Below, in pieces: positions 51,709-64,000 of a stretch of 64,000 nt of DNA. The stretch's first letter is position 1. The number at the start of each line of letters is the position of its first letter. The position numbers and the translations under genes are program-made. The DNA lies in assembly GCF_001194135.2 (NCBI RefSeq), contig NC_068981.1, forward strand, positions 198,822,314-198,886,313, in the 5' to 3' direction. Source of the stretch: Octopus bimaculoides. Lineage: Eukaryota. The notes below the pieces were generated by a model. It was not told where the DNA came from. It was given only the letters and a program-made list of their open reading frames with translations, and ran no database searches.

Positions 51709-53334
51709 TGAATGACAAAAGAACAGGAGTTATGGCATCACTCATTTGGCTATGACTGTTTCTGCTACAAGAAACACGGCACTCACAGGTTGCTTATGCA
51801 ACGCCTTATCCTCTCTTCAGAGTCACATCATCATCATCATTTAATGTCCATTCTGCCTGCTGTTATGGGTTGGATGGTTTGATTGGTGGTGGCCAGATTT
51901 CAACTGCCTGTTTTGGCATGGTTTCTACGGCTGGATGCCCTTCCTAACACTAACCACTTTACAGAGTGTGCTGTTTAAGTGACTCCAGCATAGGTGCTTT
52001 ATATGTGGCACTAGCACTGATGCTTTTTACACACACACACACACGTGTATGTGCACAGTGTCTCCACATATGCTCAGTAGCTGACCACATAAAGCATTGG
52101 AGCCATTCCAACTGATCCCACTTTTTCCAAAATATTAAATTCAGTTTAATGCACACACACAGAAACAGATTATCGTTGGCTGATTTGGCTGATTTATTCT
52201 CCAGAATATTGGAACATGGAAATACTTCTTATCTTTATTGGGGGTAGTTTTGGGGGTCGAAGCGAAAATGGAAGACTTCCCCCTTAATTCTAACAATTGT
52301 TTTGTTTGTTTTTATCAAAGCTTCTCTGCATTGATTTTTCTCCTCTTGGAGTTGTTGAGTAAAACATTAAAATACGAAATAAATAAATCAAAGAACAAAA
52401 GGAATTTCCAATGGAGATATTTTCTCTCCTAAAACTGCTAATGATATGAAGCGGTGGCATCGTTTGTATTTCACACATTTTCAACATATATTTAGCTGCA
52501 GCAACCATTTAGATTAGTGGTGGCAGCAACAAAAAAAGGAAGTTTAGCCAATAGCAAAAGAAAGACTTCCTTCTTATTGATTCAATATTTTTAGCAAAAT
52601 CTAATCTCCTAAAAAAACCCCCAAAAAACTACATTAAAAAGAAGCCATTGTTTGTCAGAACATTCTACAGATATTATTGTATATCGAATATTTTGAATGC
52701 TAAGACTCCTTGCTACCTGTATTGATAGGAAAACAGTTGATGGGTGAAGGACTGGGCTGTTGTTTATGGAAAGGAAGCATTTCGTTCCCAAGAAAAGCTG
52801 ACGAAATTTGTTCAGTGAAGTTGTTTGACAAATCCAGTTCAGGTATTTCACAATAATACATTCAAATAAAATAGAATTGGTTCTATTTTAAGATATTATC
52901 ACTTCTATTTGGATTTTATATTATGCTATATAATACAATATTATGTGGATGAATATGTTTGAGTGTGTATATATAAATATACGCACATATACATAGTGAA
53001 TATATATATATGTACACACACACACACACACAAAATAATGATAATAGTTTAAGTGAGGAAAGGAGGAAGTCAAATTGACATTACAATTATTTCTGTAAAG
53101 GAATGATTCTTAAAATTTCATATCTCATACAATGTTACGTAATACATTCCATACATAGAGAAGTATATCCTGTTTTTCTAGTTGATTCACTTCGTCACAC
53201 ATTTTGATTTGGTTGATCGTGGTCTCAAATCAAGATGACTCTACTCAATCCACCACCACCACCACCACCCTTTCTCTGCCGACAGTCATCACTCGCTCTC
53301 CACCATGCCACTTGTTATTGTCATGACATGCAAA

Positions 53335-53494
53335 ATGCACCTGTGCAGGTGACAAGTAAAAGGAATTCATGACAGTGACACGTTAAAGGCACCTGTGCCA
53401 GTGACACGTTAAAAGCACCTGTGCCAGAGACACGTTAAAAGCACCTGTGCCAGAGACACGTTAAAAGCACCTGTGCCAGCGACACGTTAAAGGC
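53335..53494. repeat. 26-bp minisatellite (GTGACACGTTAAAAGCACCTGTGCCA) x ~5-6
   Basis: Head-to-tail units at 53375-53494 with a degenerate unit upstream; no spacers. Confidence 0.92.
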
Positions 53495-54374
53495 AAGGAA
53501 TCAATATTAAATGGATTGGCAGATCAGTAAAGTATTGAATAATCTGTCAAGTGACAGCCCCTTTTTGTTTCTGAGTTCAAATCTCACAGAAATTAATTCT
53601 GTCTTTTATCCCTCTGGAGGTCGCATATCATTCAAATTATGACTTAATGTAATCAACTAAACCAATACTCACTAAATTTCAGGTCTTGTATCTCAACTAA
53701 TGAATAATGACTATTTTCATCATTGTGACCATCGTTTTACTTACTTAATAATCCCCTAATTATGCTGATAGAAATGATCTGTGAGTTAGTGTAGTCTCTT
53801 ACAGTTATTCCAAGATTACCTCAACCAATATCAGATCTCTTCCAGTTCCATTCAATACCAATCCACCCTAGACCACTCGTATTAAAATATTCATATCTAA
53901 AAATATATTAACAATAATTTCATTTTGCCAATCAGACTGGCGGGAAACACAGAAAATAATTCCTATTCTGCGTTTAAAATAGAATCATCTTTTATAAATT
54001 CATTCTCTATTTTGTTTTGAGTTAAATCAGGATTTTCTACAAGTTTCCATCTCCTTTCTAGAGGAAGAATTTCATCAAATATATTCCTGATTATATTTCT
54101 GTCAAGTAGAACACTGCCTGTGTTTCAAGAAATTTTCTATTGCATGTATATTTTGGAAAGGTTTATTCCATTGTAAACATTTTGGTATATTGGTATATTA
54201 CATATGCATTGGTATCTATGCTGACATGGAATACAACATGAGGATGATAGCATGTATGCAGTTTGTAAAAAGTCAAACCAAATAGTGATATTTTGAAATC
54301 CTTTAATATATACATTTTAACAAGAAATACATCCGTTAAACGAGCTGGTCCAGACTCCACTTATTTATATATAC

Positions 54375-55315
54375 TGGAAAACAAGGAGAGATCCTGAACT
54401 GTCAGGAATCACTGCTGAGACACTTAAAATATCTGGTAAACTCGGATATGATCTCACCCCCACCCCATATAGTTAATCAGGCAGTACAGGAAGGTATCAT
54501 ATCCAGATGCATCAGACAGAAAGAATTACTGAGGTACCATTGCTGAGGTGGACCCAGTCACGAAAGTTACAGAGAGAATTATAGCCTAATTAGTTAGGAA
54601 CAAAAGATGAGAAGCAGTTTGATTCTGTGCCAGGGAGAAGTATTATGGATACCATCCTCTTAGTGAGACAACTTCAGGATTAGTATCCTGCTAAAAGTGA
54701 ACCATTGTACTTGGCTTTCATTAACCTGGTCTATGATAAGGTAGTCTATAAGGAAGCTAGGAATTGACTAATGGTTTGTCAGGGCCATACAAGCTGTGTA
54801 TAGGGCTACAATCAGTAAGGTGAGAGTCAACCATGAGTGCAGTGATGAAATTAATATACAAGTAGGAGTTCATCAGGGCTCAGCTCCCAGCCCCCTCCTA
54901 TTCATAATAGACCTCCAGCCCATAAAAGAGAAATCTAAGACTGGCTGCTAGTGGGAACTACTATATACTGGGGACTTAGCTCTTATAGTGGAATCTGTAG
55001 CAGAATTAAAAAAAGAAATTCCAGCTATGGAAAGAAAACCTGGAATCAAAGGGCCTTAAAGTTAACCTGGTGAAGACCAAATTTATTGTTAGCAAGAAAG
55101 TGGATAATACTGTCTTTCCATCAGGTAAATGGCTCTGCTCATTATGAAGGAATAGGGTTGGAAAGAATTCCATTCAATGCACTTAGTGCAAACTATGTAG
55201 ATATGAAAATTGCAGTGGAATCAAAACACTAAGGACATGCAGGAATTAGATTTTCTCAAATACTCAGAAAGCTCCATAGAGGTTGTAGATAGTTTCTGTT
55301 ACCTAGGTAACCAAA
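54375..55315 (+). mobile_element. RTE LINE RT remnant, cut at its 3' end by a mariner insertion
   Basis: Decayed FGF.PGRS, VGVHQGS, WELLY, KGLKVNLVKTK, VVDSFCYLG; collinear with 11200-12230. Confidence 0.8.
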
Positions 55316-55318
55316 TAA

Positions 55319-56233
55319 TTGGGTTGGCAAGAAAGTAATTTTGGTTTTTTAGTATGAAATAAATGTCATTTTTTTCATACAAAGAATGAACTTTAATTAA
55401 TTCTATATTTTCCATTTTGTCCGATGACCTTTTGCCATCTTTCTGGCAACTTCATGATTCGGCACTCGTACAACTTCTGGTCCTTATCAGCTGAAAAATG
55501 AAGCAAGTATGATTTCAGGTTTACCATTTCAAAGAATTTTACAAACTTTGAAATGAATGGTAATCTGATGGTGCAAGGTCAGGGCTACATGGTGGATATG
55601 ACATCACTTCCCAACCAAGCTCCACTAATTTCTCATGTATTAGCAAAGACATGTGTGTGGCCTAGCGTTGTCATGGTGGAACATGATTCCTTTATGATTG
55701 GCTAATTCTGGCTGTTTCTCTTTGATTGCTTCCTCTAGTTTCATTAGTTGTTGACAGTAAACATCTGAATTGATCGTTTGGTTCCTTGGAAGCAGCTCAA
55801 AATACACAACACCTTTGTAATCCCACCAAATTCACAGCATGACCATTTTTGATGCAATTCAGCTTTCGATGTGGTTTGTGCTGGTTCATTACGCTTGGAC
55901 CATGTTCGTTTTCATTTGATGTTATTGTAGACAATCCATTTTTCATCACCAGTGATGATTCGTTTCAAAAACAAGGTCAATTTCATTGCGTTTGTGATTC
56001 ATATCGCAAATATTGATTCATTGTGTTAATTGAATCTCTCTCAATTTATGTGGATCCCAAATATTGAGCTTCTTAACAAGTCCAAGACATTTTAAATGAT
56101 TTTCAATTGTTGCGTGTCATACAGTTAACCTCTCTGCAATCTCTTGCACAGTTATATGACAATCAGATTGAATTATGGCTTTGATTCAGTCATCATCATC
56201 ATCTTCAATAGGTCAACCAGAATGTTGGTCATC
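55319..56233 (-). mobile_element. mariner (DD34D) transposon remnant with one terminus
   Basis: Minus strand: IWDPHKLRE, LKRIITGDEKWIVYNN, WWDYKGVVYFELLP..QTINSDVYCQQL, FHHDNARPH, YPPCSPDLAPSDY; TIR-like ATTGGGTTGGCAAGAAAGTAATT at 55319; other end lost in the gap. Confidence 0.9.
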
Positions 56234-57146
56234 NNNNNNNNNNNNNNNNNNNNNNNNNNNNNNNNNNNNNNNNNNNNNNNNNNNNNNNNNNNNNNNNNNN
56301 NNNNNNNNNNNNNNNNNNNNNNNNNNNNNNNNNATTTAATAAAAGACAGCAGCAACATAAAATAAATCTTATTTGAAAAAAAAAAAAGTTTTAAAGCCTA
56401 CCGGAAGAGGGCAGAAGTGAAAACAGTTAATTTTTTAAAATGATATAATTACAAGATGTGACATGAAGGGGGTTAAATCTATTTTAAAACTTTAGTGGAT
56501 GGCATGTCAGTTGGTGGGATAGCATGACTGATTACTGAAAAAGAGATTACAGCAATGACATTGGGATGGGTGGGGGAGGGGAGAGAGAGAGAGAGAGAGA
56601 GATAACTGGTCTTTACCAATATTCACTTCATCCTGAAAAACAGATATAAAAAAAAGAGAATGGGAACTAAATGTCTGCTTCTGCAATATGGCAGGAAAGA
56701 CCCTCTACCCTTTTCAACTCCAACCATGACTCTCACTATTCAAATGGCAACTTTAATCAACAACAAATCATGGCACACAATGAATTCACTGAGAAGAAAA
56801 AGAAATGTTTTTTCTCCCCATGAAATAAAATTTGATGGCTTTAAGAAAAAGGAAAAGTTCCATTTTCTCTGATAAAATTTGAGAAGAGGAGATGGGAACA
56901 TGAGGTGGGGTGGTAAGTGAAGATAAAATTTTTGATTTTCTAAAATTTATCTTCCAACTCTAAAATCTTGAACAAATGTAAAATTTAATGATAATTAGGA
57001 AAACAAATAATGATTCTGACATGGATAAATGGCCATCCCTTTGAAAGAGGAGGGAATGGAAACGTAAGCCTACAAGTTGTAGAACTTATTCTTATCAATC
57101 CTGGAAGGTAAAGTTGACCTTAATAAGAATGATAACCAAAGCAATA

Positions 57147-57300
57147 ATTATTCCTGTGGTATTTGGTGCAGTTGGCACAACAGCCAAATCCTAATCCTTA
57201 AAAATTGAAGGGGGCTGGAACTGAGACTCCCATTGTTGAGCTGCAAGAAAGGACCATCCTATATTCTGTAAGATTGTTGGGGCTTGAAGAGACTTGTTGT
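57147..57300 (+). mobile_element. R4/Dong-like 3'-terminal fragment
   Basis: IIPVVFGAVGT..GTETPIVELQERTILYSVRLL resembles the C-terminus seen at 14200-14345. Confidence 0.55.
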
Positions 57301-59804
57301 CTGACATTCTTTCGATTTTGCCAACATGCTATGATGATGATGATGATGATGATGATGCAGGAAGTCAGCTGCATGCATCCAGTGTATGACAGGTATCAAG
57401 TAAGTCCAGAGTGTTGCAAGCCTGTTTAGTGGAAGGAGACATTACATTCAGCCAATAATTAATTAGTTGTTGCTCGTAATGTAAACTGAAACTGTTGTTG
57501 TTGAACTGAAGGTGAGTTTTCATGAAAGCTTTTCCAGCTATGACTATCTCAATGACTGGCTGTTGTTGTTCAGGCATATTGTTCTTACGACTTCATTAGC
57601 AGTGTTTGATAGAAATGGAGGTGTGAACAATTATATTTAACCCATTCGTTTACACTTAGATACGGAAACACACTGCACTGGGCTGTGAATGATGTCATTG
57701 GACAGTATTACATGTCATCAGTAATGAAAACCAAACCTATTCTGCTTTACTGTTTAAATATAGAAAAAAAAAAAATAGTAGTCCTTAGTGGGCTTTGAAT
57801 GATGGGTCCATTCTCATTAGCTGATGAAATGTAATAATGCAGAAGCATGCACCCTATAGTCCAATAAACATCATTCATAGCTGAGTAATGTGTTTTTTTC
57901 ATAGCCATTGGCTGGAAGGAGAATTCCAGTGAAATTTAATTAAAAGTACAATAGCTATTGTATCCAACTTTAGTTGGTGATTCACAGACACAGTTGAATT
58001 AATTCAAATTCAGGACTCAAACAATTTGTTTCACTTCTCCGATCTCATTCCTCAATATTCTTACATTCAGTTATGTAGTCCAAGATGTACTATTCCCCCC
58101 AACTCAAAAAAAAAATAGATGTGATTAGTGTGACAGAAACAGCTTTGATGAAAAATCTATAGGAGGAGAAGGAAGAGGAGGATTGGCCTGAGGCTAAACA
58201 ACGGTAGACAAGCTAAGGAATACAGACACAATATGCTGTATATAAGGTATACTATAAAGAGGTGTTATATGCACAGAAAATGTATGTGTGTGTAATATAT
58301 ATACATATATATATATATCATGTGATTGACCAACAACCAGATGTTGTTACACATCACTGGTCATAATGCATCATTTTAGCCCTTTGAATGACCCCCCACG
58401 CCTGCTGGCTAGGTAAGCAGGCCAACATTCTCCCCCCTGATTAAAAGGGAGACCGGTGCAACATGAAGTGTTTTGATCCAGAACACAGTGCACCACACAA
58501 CCAAGGAATCGAACTCACGATCTAGACATCATAGTGCAACTGCCTACCCACTAGGCCATGCGCCTTCACGTATACATACAAACACACACACACACACACA
58601 CACTTATACATAAACAAATAAATAACATGTGCACGCATATACAAGCAGAGTTTATTGATTTGTATTACACACCAAGATGATGATATCAAAAACATTACAA
58701 GAGCCATGACAAGCCTATAAATTCTGCTCAGAGAATTTTTTTTTTTTGCAACCTCATAATTTAGCATCTGTGAACTAGCAGCACCGTTCTAAATAGCCTG
58801 GCATTGATAAATGGATGTGGCAAGGAATAACGGAGAAGCTAAGGCAAAAAGAGAGATGCAGCTTTATGAGATTTATTTGGCAACTAAATAGACTTTCTTT
58901 TTAAAAATTTCTGTTTCTTTCTGTGAATCCAGAGAGTTACATCCCAGCTAAGAACTAAAATTCTGACATTTGTTAGGAAAAAGCAATTCTCTCAAGACAA
59001 ACACTTAACGAACAAGAGAATGGTAGAGAAGGTGAAAGTGCCTTAGTGTAGAGATGAGTGCATTGCTACTCTGATGGTTAATTAAACATGACGGGAGAAC
59101 CAGCAGAAGGACGCGACATGCAATGTCGATACAGTTCACTTAACTCCAGATCTGATCAACATTTCACATGGAGATATCACAGACTATTTGCAGCTTGCAG
59201 GCATCAACGAACACACAAAATATTTGAGATATTATTGTGAAGATTATGAACAACAGCTCAGCTGAGCAAACACTTTGTATGTGTGTGCATTGCTAAACAG
59301 AGAGCAAAGACTAAATAAGTGATTCGATGCCTGGTGACAGTTTAATAGTGAAGTGGTGAATAGTTCTCAGCAGAGGCAGCAGAGAAGAAAGACTAAATCT
59401 ACCATGGTTAAGACACACTGACAACATAATAACCCCATAAACCACTTTTAGTCTCTCACTAATGAACAATGTGAACTTATTTTGGCCGCAACAAAATACA
59501 CCTTTCTCTTAACACCTACTGATCTTGGAGATTACAGAATGGTTTCAAGGAATTGTTTCAGTTCTTGAAGCATTATCAATAATCTCAGCTTTATTAGCGA
59601 GGCTGACGGTGGGAAGGTGGAGGGGAACTAGTAAAAGCTTTTTAATGAAAGACTAAAAATATCTTTGTGTAAGACAGGAAAAAGGACATTTAAGAAACAT
59701 GTAAGTTAATCATTTAATTAGGATTTTACCATGTAAGGGGAGTAGGAGTATATACAGTTAGAGAGGAAGTCTATTACACAGACACATACACAATAATAAT
59801 AATA

Positions 59805-60380
59805 ATAAAACATAATAATAATAAATGCCCGGATGCAGTACCAGGCAGTGGCTCTCATGGCTACTTATCTTAATTGATTGGAAGTGTTATCATGTACATT
59901 GTTCTGTCTTGGTATAAAAAGATGGACTAAAGCAAACATTCTGCTCAATACCACAGATTTGCTTGTTAGTTGTTTGACCTTAACCAGTTGAGCATGTCCC
60001 TTGGTGGCTGACAATATGTGCATCTCTGATCACGAGCAGAAGTAGTGGGGGAGCATCATAGCCAAGTGTTGAGAGGAATTCTTTGGGGTTTGAATAATTC
60101 ATCTTTGGAAACATGAGTGTTTCATTCAACATCCTTAATCCTTATTCAGGGACCTTTTGAATGGGATGGGCTACTCGACCTGAAGAAAATTCTAACTGGG
60201 CCTCACCTGCAAGGTCATGTGCTGTTTATGTTGATATGAAATCACCATGTCGTGCACATATGGTTGTGATGCATGTGCCTGGTGTCCCCTTATCAGACAG
60301 GTAGTCATGAAGGGTGTGCTGAGCTTCGTATATTCTAGCCCAGTGTTACTTTGATGGCATGCACTGCTCTCTCACTCAAA
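59805..60380 (-). mobile_element. ~570 bp non-coding interspersed repeat (SINE- or LINE-3'UTR-like) with (TTA)n tail
   Basis: Compositionally distinct block ending at an (AAT)n run; resembles an abundant octopus repeat as I recall it; only a faint relative at ~27640-27760. Confidence 0.5.
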
Positions 60381-60779
60381 ACAAACATGTATGAATGACC
60401 CTGTTCAAGGTATATCTGGGCCCTCAGCATTAAACCCTATCCACGAAATAGTCTTGCTGAAGATAGCCCACATCCTACACAAGACACGATCAACTTAATG
60501 ATACAACTGAAATAAAGCAATCCAAAATACAAGACACACTCTTTGCAGTAAATATTTGCTAAGGATTTTGCTTGGAATGGTAACAATTCTGCCAGCTCAC
60601 CACCTTGATAATAATAATAATAATAATCTTTTCTGCTATAGGCAGAAGGCCTGACATCTTGGGGGACAAAATAAACAAATTGTGCAAGAACACAGATTTT
60701 GCTGTTCCCTATAATAGCTGAGTTGATATCAAAGAAACTGAAAAAAAACTGAGAAATATCTGGATCTTTGAGCCATTCT

Positions 60780-61240
60780 GAAATCCACGTCTTTTATTTA
60801 AAACTACAGATGAAAGAGATGCTGGTGATTTCTCCAGATTCTCTCAGTTTCCAAAAGTGTTTTGAATACGTTGTATTTGCTAGGTTGTGGTGGCAGAATG
60901 ACTATTGAAATGGTGCTCTGTAGATATCTGAGTCATCAGCATGTTGTATACAATGCTTCAAGTTATTTAACATGCAGGGAGTAAACTCAATGTTTCAGTA
61001 GATGCATTTTAGCTCACTTTAGTTGCAATATTTTTGGCATTGTAGGTCTTAACGGTATTAAACATTTCTTATACTGCTGTAGCTCACCTTAGCATTGTTT
61101 TTATTGAACAACTAGAAGACATTTATAACTCTTCAGGAAAATTTTTGCAGCATTAGATTTTACACCAGTGTTACATGGTGGGTTGTACCATATAATATTT
61201 CTTTCCCAAGAGGTTTGCTGGCTGGAGACAAGATATGGTC
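60780..61240 (-). mobile_element. Penelope-like element C-terminal remnant
   Basis: Minus strand ..RNIIWYNPPCNTGVKSNAAKIFLK..FNKNNAKVSYSS, matching the PLE motif RKRNIIWFNPPYS.NVKTN..K.FL..IFN.N.VKVSYSC. Confidence 0.75.
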
Positions 61241-64000
61241 ATTTAGTACTATACATGTTTTTTGTATCAGCTGAGAAATGGCACAGTGTAGTGCACTGTG
61301 ACCCTGTTAGTTTAATCAGAGGGTAAAGCATTTACTGGCATGCTGACATTTCCTGGTCCCTCTGTCCCACTTCTAATCACTTTGTACTTTGAAGGTCTAC
61401 CTAAAATCTCACCACTACTATTTCTATCTCTTTCCAGCTCCACCTTAGTACTTGTGTAGCTCTTCTACAGCAAGAAACCAGTTCCGTTCCAGCCCCTTAT
61501 TCGTTTATGCCGCATCTCCGAGGTATAGCATCCCTCGCTCAGAGTTTACAGTTGTGTAAGCTGCACAACAGCAACCTCCACAACTGTTGGTGACAGGAAA
61601 AGCAAAAAAAAAAAATTAAAAAAAACCCCTCTCAGAACACTGAGTAAAGTGAAACAGGGAGCTCAAAGAGGAGCAACAGGAAAAGATTTAGCTTCAAAGA
61701 AACGAAACTTACCACCTGTAATCCATCCAACCACACACACACACACAAAGGGGAACAGGAAGCATAAAAACAAAATTCAACAAATAGAATTGAAATATGA
61801 ATGAAATATTTGGCAGAAATTGCTGTAAGAAGATAAATGTCACGACATTTGTATGTGAAGCAATTACAATTTATTAGCTAATTAATTTATTAGCTAATGA
61901 ATGGCTGCAGTAGTTTGAGAGATGTGACTGACTGATGAAGGTGTGTTGATTAAATGTGGCTTTGTTAATAATATTTTCATTACAAAATAATGCTAGAACA
62001 ATCAACATTGGTAATTTGTTAAGAACTGTGTAGGTTTATTATTACACTAAAGATGGAATTATTCAGGTGAATCATACTTAGGCTCATTAAAATGGTTAAG
62101 GAAAAATAATAAACCAGTTCAGAAGAATTTGAACTATTACAATAAAACTTTGAGGATCATCTGTGGAATTGTCAAAGAAAAACCTGACTGAATGAAGACA
62201 TTTTTCTGAAAATATTTGTTCTGTAGAAACAAATTATAAGTCAGAACACAAGACTGTTAAGTGTATAAACAAATATACAGTCGGGAGACAGAGGAGGATG
62301 CATTACTAGTAGCTAAGATAATTCGGTGAAATAGTATATATGGAATTACCAAAGCATCTCTCCACATCACCATATGTCCCTCACTCTTGTTGTGTACTAT
62401 AACTGCCTCACTCACTGCCCCACTCCTCCTCTACTCCTGCAATTTACTAAATTATCTCATTTTTTCCTCGTTCTCATCCCCCTCCTGTCAACTGTATCAT
62501 TATTACTTTTCTGCAGCTCTGCACTACCAGTCTTCTCCAACTCCGCCTCCCCTGTGTCCACAAACTCATACATCATTGGTCAGCCACCATTCTTTATATC
62601 TCTCCTCCCCCACTTTCAACCCTATTCAATCTTTACAATTTACCTATCTCGCCTCCCCCTCCCTCGTACTTCTCTTGCAATCCCCACCAACCCACATTCA
62701 TACTCCCTCTGTCCCTTGAGGGTCCACTCACACACCTATCTTTCCATCTCCATCCGATCACTCCCACCTCCCTTCTAAAACATGACCAGTCGTGTAGCCT
62801 CTTTACAGCCAGAAACCTGTCATGCTCTGGCCCTTTATCTCATACTTTTATCCCTCATCTCCCAGCAAGAAGGTGCCCCCTTTGGTTTTGTTGCGCTGGT
62901 GGCACTAAAAATGCACCAAAATATATGCTGTAAAGTGGTTGGGATTAAGAACATCCAGCTATATAAACAATGCCAAAGTAGGCAGTGGAAGATGAGAGAT
63001 GGATGTTACATGATGATAATGGTGACAATGATGATGGAGAACAATAAAACAGTTATCATTGGAGCAATTATGGCCAAAGCCTTACCAGGAGATAATACAT
63101 TGAAACCAGGTCAGACTATAATTGATACTGCCACAGAAGAGACTGGAATTCGCCAATTCTCTGGAAGATGTTTGTGTAGAAATTGAAAAAGAAATCAATG
63201 TAAAGCAGCCAAATATGATAAAAAAATCATTAGAACTGGCGAAGAATATCTTGTCTTTAATATATCAATTGGTATTTACTAAAACATTGCATGGAAAAAA
63301 AGGTTTAGAAAGCTTGAATCTAAAGAGTGAGAGGAAACAGAAAACAGGGGGAGGGGGAGAAGAAGAGAGAAAAATGGAGGCAAAACTATTCTCAATAGTA
63401 AGATGGGTCATAGAGGACAATTATAAACAATTCGAGATGCAGGAGTCATTAAGTTTTGTGTGTCGTTGTTGAATGGTGAAATATAATTTTAACTTACAAA
63501 CCCAATCTATGACTAATTAATTTCAAAATATTCTTCTGAAACTGATTGATCAATGTAATTATTTATTAGCTTCAACTTGGAAATATGAACAAATCCAAAG
63601 TTTATGCCAAGTCATCATGTTCTTCCTTCTAACCTGTTGATGAAGTCATCTATGGATGACCATAACAGTAATAATAAGTATAGACCGATACAAGAGCCTA
63701 ATTATCATCCCAGAAAACATATTTTCTCAGGTATTTCTAAGTCTTGTATATGTGGTTAATAGGTAACCATACCACAACTTAACTTTGTATGTAACAGCAT
63801 GGATACTACAATACATATGGCTGGCTATGTATTACTGCACATTTGACTGGGTGTACATTACATATGGAGGCACTGCATAAAATTTAATGATAACACTAAT
63901 TTATTAAAAAGTCTGATGACATTAATACACTTTTTTTTTTACAATAGAAAACATTTCCGAGAAAATATTGAAAACATATAAGATAGAGCATTGACTATAT

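Noticed and set aside
53335-53494. CRISPR-like array
   Set aside because: Units are contiguous with no unique spacers, the context is eukaryotic and there are no cas genes.
62374-62778. 134 aa Ser/Pro/Leu-rich ORF
   Set aside because: Pyrimidine-rich low-complexity sequence similar in character to 50560-51200; no domain and no splice support.

Overview
AT-rich, repeat-dense animal genomic DNA with ten N-gaps and many microsatellites. The repeat families resemble those of an octopus-type cephalopod genome; this is inferred from recalled repeat sequences, not from a search. The only host gene I can support is a minus-strand CDP-diacylglycerol synthase (Cds, phosphatidate cytidylyltransferase), seen as two perfectly phased exons (28135-28256 and 26796-26892). 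I could not find its first coding exon or any later exon, so the rest of the window is probably intronic. The remainder is a transposon graveyard: RTE, CR1-like and R4/Dong-like LINE fragments, several Penelope-like (PLE) remnants, Tc1, DD34D and DD37D mariner remnants, a near-complete Mutator (MULE) element with both TIRs, a Helitron helicase fragment, TTAA-flanked piggyBac-type MITEs, tRNA-derived and RTE-tail SINEs, and minisatellites. The most notable structure is a ~380 bp fold-back at 47981-48358. It consists of two divergent copies of a PLE-type terminal unit, each with a minimal hammerhead ribozyme core. There is no CRISPR array, rRNA or true tRNA gene. Nearly all ORFs in the supplied track are repeat- or microsatellite-derived. 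TE boundaries are approximate unless termini are quoted.
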